Of a stretch of DNA of 64,000 nucleotides, positions 54,171 through 64,000 are shown in pieces. Position numbers and translations under genes: made by a program. The DNA comes from Dicyema japonicum (Eukaryota; Animalia; Dicyemida). Location: positions 253,346 to 317,345 of the forward strand of contig RDEW01000052.1 of NCBI GenBank assembly GCA_011109175.1, read 5' to 3'. The notes beneath the pieces were generated by a model. The model was not told the origin of the DNA. It did no database searches and worked only from the letters and a program-made list of their open reading frames with translations. Within the stretch, counting starts at the first letter, position 1, and each line of letters starts with the position of its first letter.

Positions 54171-56063
54171 ATTGACGTAATCTTTGTGAGATCCATTTTC
54201 AGATAATCCATGATCTTAATTTGACCCATACTAACATCATCATTGATTCTCTTCCTATTCTACCCAATTCAATAAACCAGACATTTTCCACATTTTTTTT
54301 AATTCGCTCAATATGTATCAAAATTCTTTTCAAAAATAAAGATTTAAATTTTATCGGAGCTAGAACTAATATATTATCTGAATAATAATCACTTTCGAAT
54401 TAGAGTGTTCTACTTTAGGTACTTCACTTATCACTTAACTCTCGTCATATTAATACTTGTCTACTCTAGTATATATAAGTTGTTCTCGCTAGTCATTTTT
54501 AAAGAATTATTATTCGGTCTCTTATCTACGGATGTGAATGGTGGTATTTTTCCCCCAAGAGAGAGACATTAACAAACCTTCTTGATAAGAATAGGAGGAT
54601 GGCGATCAAGAAATTTATGACTGTATAACTACTTGATAACGAAACAGTCCAATATAATTGGAAAAATGAATTTTAAATATTTTTGTTATCATATCAACGA
54701 TGAAATAGATATCAGCGAGAAATTTACAGTGTGAAGTTATAAAGATACGGAACGTTGTTTCATAATGCTTATTAATGTTGTCATACAAGAAAATCTAAAA
54801 ATTTTTTTAGTTATACAGATTTTAAGAAAGTATTGTGAATTTACTACGAAAAAAAACAAAAGAACATGAAAATCACAGATTTTTATCAAAAAATAAAGTC
54901 TTTTTAATTTTAATAAATATTATAATTATTTTTTATTATAAATTAATTTATCTACATTTTTATTAAGATTTTCATCAAGAACTTCATTTTTGGTGAAAAC
55001 CTAAAAAATTGTGGAATTTCCGCCCCATTTCTGGTTCTGACTGTATTATGTTGTATTTAAGTTGGATTTGACTCTTAAATACTTTCTATTATTGAAAGTG
55101 TAATTGTCATCAAAACTTGCCTATTTTATTTCCAAAAAGAGAATATCATATATCTATGTTTACAGATTAGTGATATTATTTTAATATGGTTTACTATAGC
55201 TGGCGAAAATAATCCTTTTACAGATGTTGACTGTCTTTCAATATCATCTTACCTAATGTCCTAACTGTTTATAAAACAATTACAATGACTTGACATCGTG
55301 TGTCCTTTTGCAGTCAATTTGTTATATATTATCTAATTAGTGAAATTAATTTAAAGACAACTCCTATATGTGACACTTGTCAACATCATAATGTCAATTC
55401 TAGTTATTTTTGTTATAAGTTTATCAAAACCACAATTAAATAACAATAATGTTTAAAGATTAGAGACTAAAGTTAGCGATATCGGGATGGATGATCCGAA
55501 TCCCCATACACAGATATTGTTGAATCACTGTCGTAGTACTCCTCATTCAATTCAATCTGTGAGAATTGGCAACTATAATATTTCATAAAATAAACTTAAG
55601 ATTGGAATCACCATCCATTTGAGAATCATAATTGGAGTCCCCAGTTATATTTATTCCGTCAATAAATTGATTGTTTGTTGCCTTCTCTTGTTTATTATTA
55701 AAATTTCCTCTCATCTTAACCATTTGTCTAACAAATTCAAGTATTTCTGCTATTTATGAATTTTATTTTATTATATTAAATAAATATTAAATAAATAAAA
55801 TATTTTATTTAACATTTTCTTTTTGGTAACCATTGGATCATTTCTTGATCAGGATATCTATTTTCGAGTGGAGAAAGACTTCAACACATTTGTTTGTTCG
55901 GAAGCAGTGTCACACGTCCGAATTATTATTTTCTGAACTCCCTCTACTTCTCCGAAAGCAATGGTACCCAATTCTGATACAATTTTCACGATCTCCTCAG
56001 AAATATTCGCATAAAAGTAGTCGATTTAATATACAAGCAACATACCTTCGTTCAGCCAAATTT

Positions 56064-56798
56064 ATCAGCAATTTTTCTATGCTAATCTGAGAAGGAAGTA
56101 TTTTACTTAGCCAATAACAGCACGAGGCTCTTGAGAACTCCGGATAACTCCAACAATGGACTGAGCAATAACTGTGGTCAAACTCTCTTCTCTAAAGATC
56201 AGTCTCTTTGCTAGATATAGATAGAAAGCCAAGGAGAAGGAGCACAGCAGAGATTCATCGAATGTCGGTAGAGACTATAATCGGATATCATAAAACTTTG
56301 ATATTCCTGAGAAAGGCTCGAATTACATCCTCCTTGAGTAGATTGAACCTTGTAACAAGAATTTCCATGCATTCATACATTCTGTCCTTAGTGGAATCGT
56401 CCTGAAATTTAGAGTTCAGTTGTTTGATCAGAGTTTTAAGCAGAAATATTAGGTTATTCTAAAATTAAGAGATAAACACAGTACTGTGGTGGGGAGCTTC
56501 AAAGCTAGCACGATGTATCTGCAGAGGTCAATTGAATGAACATTTTCTGATAGACTGAGAGACTTTTCAATAATTTGGGGGAAATTATCTCCGGAAATGT
56601 TTAATTTGTAAAAAATATTCAAAATCTGAAAAAGATTGTGGGAATCAAGTCTGAATTTCTCTATGAACATACTTTGTTATCAATTCTTCTACAAAAAATG
56701 AAGGACATTTAACGGTTGATTTGTTGGAGTTATCTTTGGTAATAATCTTCATCAGTAAAAAGTAGTAATCAGCAGGAAAGAACTCAAAACTAAAATAT
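56064..56798 (-). repeat. Duplicate of 27085-27905 (LRR-like gene fragment)
   Basis: Direct near-identical repeat. Confidence 0.85.
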
Positions 56799-56899
56799 GT
56801 CCATAAGCCTCTGAGGCATTTCAGAACATTAGTTTTCGTTTCGCATTGTCAAAAAAGGTAAAAATTTAATTTTTTAAGTCAATAAAGTCAAGTTTTTTT

Positions 56900-59700
56900 G
56901 GTGAGGTTGTGACGTCCCTCGTTTCTTGATTGGATCGCAATTGAGAAAAATGTCAAAAAGACAAGGGATACAAAGGAATGCATCTCGTCTAAAGGTCCTT
57001 ACGTTCAATGCTAGAGGCTTATCGACGACCTGGTCGAGGAAGATTCTCAGTGACAACCTGGAGAGATACGACGTATCTATTGGGTGCCTACAAGAGACGA
57101 AAGTTACTTGTAGCCTTGATGAGAACCATGGCGAATATCGAATTATATGTCAGCCGAGCGACTCAAAATATTATGGATTGGATTTGCCATCCACTCAAAG
57201 TTGACAAGTGCAGTCCACCGTATATAGAGTGTGAATGACAGGATCTGTGTTATACAATTCCGACTAAACGACCTACCTTCTTCGAAGATCTTTCTGACAA
57301 TTGCAAATGTTTATGCGCCACACTGCAGGAGACTAGCGAAAGATCCGACAGTACTAGACGACTTCTATTCAACACTGTTACGGACGTATAATGAATATGA
57401 GTCGTCATCACTAGTACTCACTGCTGGGAATTTGAATGCAAAAATCGGGATGAAGAATAACCCGAATGATGTTTTCTTGGGAGAACATGTGCGTGGAATA
57501 AGAAACCTACCCGGAACAAATCTTGGTAACTTTTGTATGTCACACAACCTTTTCCTATGCAATACTGTATTTACGCATCCTGCCTGCCACAAAACTACGT
57601 GGATAAGGAAGCGAAGGAACTCAGATGGAAAGCTGGTCCCAATATACAACCAAATAGATTATGTCATATGCTCTGCTAAAGACATACACCTTCTAGTAAA
57701 CGCACGTTCAAATGAAGGCTCGACGACTGTCAGCGACCAAAAAATAGTTATTGCGACCTTCATCCTTAAAAAACATGCCAGCAAATACAAGAATGCCAAA
57801 AATCACGAATTTGAGAAAATCAGAGGCGACTACGAGACTGAAAGGCTGATTTCCCAACCGGAGACTACTGAGAGATATCAACAATACATTCAGACTCATA
57901 TGCAAGACTTATTGGTGGATACCCCGTAAGAAGACTCCTGGAAACGCATAGAGGACACCACCAACGAAACTGCTGCAGCATGTATTGACAAATGGGAGAA
58001 TAGTAAAATGCACCTGAAGGCTATTCATCCTGATGTTCCTGAGCTTGCGAAAAGTTTAAAATAAATAAATATGAGAAAATCAAATGCCACTGACACTAAT
58101 ACGATAAAAGCCTTTCAAGGCGAAAGGCAACGTGTCAGAATAAAAATAAAGGGTCTGAACAAAAAGCTTTTCATAGTAGAAATAGCTTCATGTATAGAAG
58201 AAGTAAACAAAGTGAAAGACAACGCAAAGGCAACGTGTCAGAATAAAAATAAAGGGTCTGAACAAAAAGCTTTTCATAGTAGAAATAGCTTCATGTATAG
58301 AAGAAGTAAACAAAGTGAAAGACAACGCACAAGTGTACGTCTCTCCCCGTATGCTGCGGTGAACAAACAGAAGTCGACTAAACATAAAAGACGAGAACTG
58401 TAAGCTGATACTGAACACCAAAGAACAAACTGAAGCCATCGCGGCTCACTTTGAGAAGCTTTTCAACATAAAAACAATAGAAATCCACCCATTTGATGGA
58501 AGGCCAAAACCCCTTGAGACACCAATCACGTCCGAGGAAATCAAAACGACCTCCCGAAAACTCAAGAAAAACAGATGCCCCGGACCAGATGAGATAAACC
58601 CAGAATTATTAAAATTTGGCCGTGATCTCCTTTTTGAAAAAATCGTAACACTACTTAATGAAATATTTTCAACTATCTCAACTCTACCTGTGAGTACGGA
58701 ACTACTAATCTCCATACAAAAAACCAACAAAAAAGAGGACCGCTGGAAGGTTTGCGTCCCATCATAATAGTAAATTCATTAAGCAAAGTCTTGGCAAACA
58801 TTGTGCTTGAACGAATCAAAGGATCTGCTACAAATACCTACCATATAATTAAAGTGGTTTTCGAGAAGGGAGATCCAAAGCTGATGCGGTCTGGAGTCAC
58901 AGATGGAGGTGTGCAACATATCAAAGATACTGTAACACCACCAATATTCTGGGAATTGACCTATCAAAAGCTTTTGATACAGTTAACAGCAACAAATAAA
59001 TGGGGGTACTGAGCGGATTTCTTGATGAGTCGAGTCTAAAGATGACCCGAATTCTACTTTCTAACACTGAGCTCCTTGTGAGAGTCGGAAAGACCTATTC
59101 AAAAAATTTTGAAACAAACACGGGCGCTCCACAAGGAGACTGTCTTTCACAATTTATTTGGAAACCGCTATGAGGGAACTAAAACCGTTATACCAAGGAA
59201 AGACGGAAGAAGTATTCTACGCGGACGATGTAGACCTAATTTCTGCAGACAAAGAAGTCTTGGAAAACCTATTAGAAAAAGCACCTGATGTACTAGGGAA
59301 ATGGTTTCTTACTGTAAACAGAGAGAAAACAGAACTCACAGAGATAAGAAAAATGAGCAACGTCCTAGAAGAGAAATGGCGACAATAAAAAAATTCGGTT
59401 CACTTTTGAGAGATAGCGAAAATATTNAGACAAAGAAGTCCTGGAAAACCTATTAGAAAAAGCACCTGATGTACTAGGGAAATGGTTTCTTACTGTAAAC
59501 AGAGAGAAAACAGAACTCACAGAGATAAGAAAAATGAGCAACGTTCTAGAAGAGAAATAGCGACAAGTAAAAAAATTCGGTTCACTTTTGAGAGATAGCG
59601 AAAATATTTTACGTAGGAAAACTCTAGCCAATGCTGCGTTATATAAACTGAAGAATCTATGGCTCAATCAAAAAGGAATCGACACGAAAATGAGAATCCT
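56900..59700 (+). mobile_element. RTE-like LINE copy D, near full-length APE-RT, frameshifted
   Basis: APE motifs NVYAPH, GNLNAKIG, NQIDYV and SDQKIV; CPGPDEI; RT motifs LRPIII, GAPQGDCLS, FYADDVDL and KKFGSLL. Confidence 0.9.
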
Positions 59701-60085
59701 ATCCTGGATGAACATACAGAAAATCAGTGATATTCAGTCCCTATCAGCTACAACTATCGGCAAGTTCGTGAGAACAGTAATTCTCACACTCATCTCTTTG
59801 GAAGATCTTATCGGACAAAATGGGAAGGGATTCGCCGCTTTGAGCCGAAAATCCAACTTCCTAAATGCTCTAATGGATTGGGTTTTACTAGAAGACTTTA
59901 CATCACCCCTCTTGCTTTTCTTTCAAAACCCTCCCGTCCATAGTAAGCTATGTTGGATCTCGGAAAGTCTATTGGAAAAAGATGAGAGACCTGATGGAGG
60001 CGGCCGGGATCACCTAATTAGTTTAATATAATTAAATTAAATATTGGTGTTCTTGGGTTAAATAAAATAAATAAATAAAAAAAAC
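59700..60085 (+). mobile_element. 3' end of a third Vingi-like LINE family
   Basis: Ends DLMEAAGIT*. Its 3' UTR (GGTGTTCTTGGGTTA + TAAA tail) resembles 20217-20292. Confidence 0.5.
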
Positions 60086-60369
60086 TTAAAAATGGCATTT
60101 ATTGAAACTAAATAGAATTATTGCTAAAACTGGCAAAAATTGCATCTTTAATTACTTAAAAGTTAAACGTTTTCAAAAATCATATAATTTAACTCGTTAA
60201 TAAAAAATGACCCTTCCGTGAAAAACGATATTTTATGGAAAACAAATTGCCCTACTCATCACGATCCACAGACGGTTTATCCGACTAACTCTCCACAATC
60301 TACAGAGAGGATATTCGTTAATATTATAGTAAAGAGAACAATATAAATTAGTATTAATGATTGAATGAG

Positions 60370-61514
60370 TTATGACATTAATGAATAATCACGTAGACGT
60401 TTTAATACCAAAACTATAGCAATAATCATAATAATTCCAACAATAACTGTAATTCCCCCAATTACACAAACTGTCATTATATATTTGTCATCTAAATTTA
60501 TATTTTATGTACTTTTTGGACTAATAATAGTTGAAGCATATATTTTGCTTTTTGTAGTGAATAAAGCTGTTGACTTTAATTTGAGATTTTTTCCATAACC
60601 AAATTTACAATCGAATTCTAAATAATGATCAAATTAAAATAACCATTTCCGGTAAAACTTGTATATTATCTGTTTTCAATAATTGTAGTTTCATATCACT
60701 TATTCATATCAATGATATTACCATATGGAGGGAAATACATAACACATTTGCTACATTTATAATAACTGTTTTTAGAATTTCTCCAGAAAATCAACAAATT
60801 TGTCATGATCTAAATTAATAAACCATTTTCTTTACATTTATGCTTAGATGCTGATAATTCCAAACNTTTTTTCGTATATCAAATTTACAGTCGAATTCTA
60901 AATAATGATTAAATTAAAATAACCATTTCCTGTGAAACTTTTATATCATCTGTTTTCAATAATTGTAGTTTCATATCACTTATTCATATCAATGATATTA
61001 CCATATGGAGGGAAATACATAACACATTTGCTACATTTATTATAACTGTTTTTAGAATTTCTCCAGAAAATCAACAAATTTGTCATGATCTAAATTAATA
61101 AACCATTTTCTTTACATTTATGCTTAGATGCTGATAATTCCAAACGTACTGATAATAAATTAGCTGAAGTATGATATTTGGTAGTAAATATTATTTTTAT
61201 GCCATTTTTTCGTCCAAGAAAACATTACTTTACCACATTCAAATTTTTTAAAATCAAATGTTGCATCATTAAAATTTTCATGTAAAATCTTTTTAGTAAT
61301 ATAATGTGATTACAGTATTATTAATTTTGTACGAGACAACAATTTTTCCTTTAAATAATACTATAGTCCGAGCATCCTCTCTAACAACCCACATTGGTAC
61401 TGCATTATCCAATATTACTGAAGTTATAATTTCACTCATTGTTGATTTACAAATGATTATACATGAATATACTGGTAATATTATTTATTATTATATACCT
61501 AGTAATTGGAACAT
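60370..61514 (-). CDS. LAMP-fold-like family member 3 (diverged); contains an n-joined internal duplication
   Basis: ATG at 61514. Introns 61472-61498, 61289-61313 and 60492-60512 sit at positions shared with member 1. VPMWVVREDAR, QLLKTD, TM helix and tail RDYSLMS*. Intactness not fully verified. Confidence 0.6.
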
Positions 61515-61892
61515 TCACACAACGTTATTGTCACAATTAATCAAAATTTTTAATAATATAAAATCAAATAAAATTAATAAAATATTATTTAATACAAAAT
61601 TAAAACATTTATTTGAAGAAATCCACGTGTGATGCGTTGTCATTGACTGTATGGAAGGATTTGCTGATTTCAAGTGAAATAGGGTGAACTTGCGGAAAGT
61701 CAGGGAAACTCTCAGATATGGAACCGGCAAATATTCTGGGTAGTCTTGTGGGTGAGTGTTGAATAAAGTAGTCCAGAAGGTATTTGGAAGGTGTTGACAA
61801 TACAAATACACGCATCCCCACGTTGAACAAGAAATTTAAATATATTTATAATATTATTTTTAATAATTGTAATTTATTTTTACCATAAACAA

Positions 61893-64000
61893 AAATATTA
61901 CTTTTATTTTCTACAGTCATTAGTTGGGTACTTTCACTTTAAATAAATGAGTCCTGAGGCATAAATGAGCAATTAGTTGTCAGAAAATATAGCTGTATTA
62001 TGGTTATCATGTTTTAAGAATATATTCTCTTTGATTGTTTTAGCGTTGTTGGTAATTTAAGACGGGCAATTCAGTCGTTTTATTGGGACAATAAATAATT
62101 TGCTTCATTTTAGTCGATTTGTCGTTAGAATACATTGTAGAATCATAATACAGTTCGACCTCATTTTGGGAAACCAAAACTGATAGGAAAACCTCGATTT
62201 TTGTGATTTATCATATTAAGCATCATTTGCAAAGAAGTCATTTCAATGCATTTAACAGGGCTGTGGAGTCGGAGTCGAAGAAATTATATTTGAGGAATTG
62301 GAGTAGGAGTCAGTGATAAAAAAATTGATTTTGTTTATTAGTATAAGACAAAATTCAAATATTAATTGTCGATAAGGACACGTCAAATTTTGACTAATTT
62401 AAATTAATTTAATACTCTAAAAAAATTTAATACTAGATATAATAATTTTAAATTAATTTTTCTTCCATATTATTTGTATCCCAAATTGTTATGTCTTTAC
62501 ATCGTGATTATATATTTCAATCTCAAGAGGCATTTATTTAGATTCCATCCAAATATTCTAAATATATTTAATACTCTAAAAAAATTTAATACTAGATATA
62601 ATAATTTTAAATTAATTTTTCTTCCATATTATTTGTATCCCAAATTGTTATGTCTTTACATCGTGATTATATATTTCAATCTCAAGAGGCATTTATTTAG
62701 ATTCCATCCAAATATTCTAAATATTAATGATAAAAACATTCAATAGTATTTGTTTTCATTTGATGTGCCCCTTAGAAAATACTACATCTCTAAATCAGTC
62801 AGTGTTAAATAAGTTTTTTCAATCTGATAAAATTAGTATATTCATGGATGCTGAAAAATTTTAAATGCTTCTTATTGAACTTGTTGTTTTGAAAGGGGAT
62901 CTCTTGCTCTACTTCCCACATAAGTCATCGTAGGAAGGCTGTTTTCTGTGCATAAATTATCAAATCAGACCTTCAAGCTTCTATGAACGAAGACCTGATC
63001 AAAGCTATATTATTTCTAAAAAATAATAGTTAAATTTTCTTTTCTAAATGTTTTTTTTACAACGTCTGAATCATTTTAATTATTAACAGGAGTCAGAACA
63101 GAGTCGAGGAGTCGTTATATATTTTACCAACTCCACAGCCCTGCATTTTAATGAAATCAAAAAAGAAACTCCTGAAAATATTCTTAAATAATATATTTTA
63201 AAGTGAAAAATATATAAATTGACTAAATATTTATTTCTATATTTTATAACTTTTTTCATTTTATTTATGTGAATGCAGAAAGGAAGTCACATTAACAAAT
63301 GTAATATTGTGAAAGGTAAGTTTTACTGCTTATCCAACGTTTATTATTAAATGCATTTGAGAAATAATAATCATTATATTTATCTTGTGCTGTCCCTTCA
63401 AGTTCTGACTAACCATGCACTTTCCTACGAAGTGTCTCGAGATCTTCATGGTGAGCACTTACATTTTAATTTTAGATAGGTAATCGTTGCTAGGGTTGTT
63501 CTTGGGCTTTCTTGATATTTTCTAGTAATTTCTCATTAAAAGTAATTCTCCATCGCATAGTTGGCGGTAGTTGAAGTGTTATTGTAGAATATGGAGATTA
63601 TGATAGCCAGATATCATTTAGTAGAAGCTTTCGACAACTTTTAACAAATTATTTCTGTTTACTGTGTCAAAACAGGGGAAAGATCAATTTCTAGTACATG
63701 AATATTAGTTTTATACATCTGGAACATGGCAATGAACACCTATGTGCCCATACTACATCTGTGTAGATCTTCCAGTTCGAAATCCACTCTGGTTTGGAGA
63801 AATTCTCTCAATTTTGTTCAGAATATTGAAAAATAAAATTTCGCGTAGTTTAGAATAATTGTGTGAGTTGTTTAGAGAATCTTTGTCTGATTTCTGTACC
63901 AGGATTACGGTTGCTTCTAGAAAAGATGGTTTGTTCAGTTAACTATTTCAGTGATGAATATACGTCAGTTGGTCCATATTTTAATAATTATGCGTGTATC
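61893..64000 (+). repeat. Direct duplicate of about 31320-33345
   Basis: Colinear near-identity up to the window end. Confidence 0.88.
62256..63143 (+). mobile_element. hAT-derived MITE, duplicate of 31682-32441
   Basis: Same TIRs and same flanks; internal 159-bp tandem duplication. Confidence 0.85.

Overview
This is AT-rich eukaryotic genomic DNA from a draft scaffold, not prokaryotic. It has two long N gaps (14328-14938, 29982-30761) and several single-n joins. Most of it is decayed transposable elements: RLE-type R4-like and CRE-like retrotransposons, APE-type RTE-like and Vingi/Ingi-like LINEs (one family with a 2A/StopGo-like motif), a tRNA-derived SINE, hAT elements and MITEs, and pogo/Tigger and Gypsy-integrase remnants. 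It also holds a telomere-like satellite and large direct and inverted segmental duplications. Host genes are broken up in the ORF track by ultra-short GT-AG introns of about 21-27 nt. Removing these by hand gives a complete p70 S6 kinase-like gene (11 introns) and a MARVEL-like 4-TM gene (2 introns). It also gives a four-member family of LAMP-fold-like type I membrane proteins whose Ser/Thr-rich stalk is built from a variable number of phase-1 mini-exons; this family is the best candidate for an undescribed system. Animal-like genes with tiny introns suggest a reduced parasite such as a dicyemid or myxozoan, but that is inference only. All family assignments come from motif recognition, not database searches.
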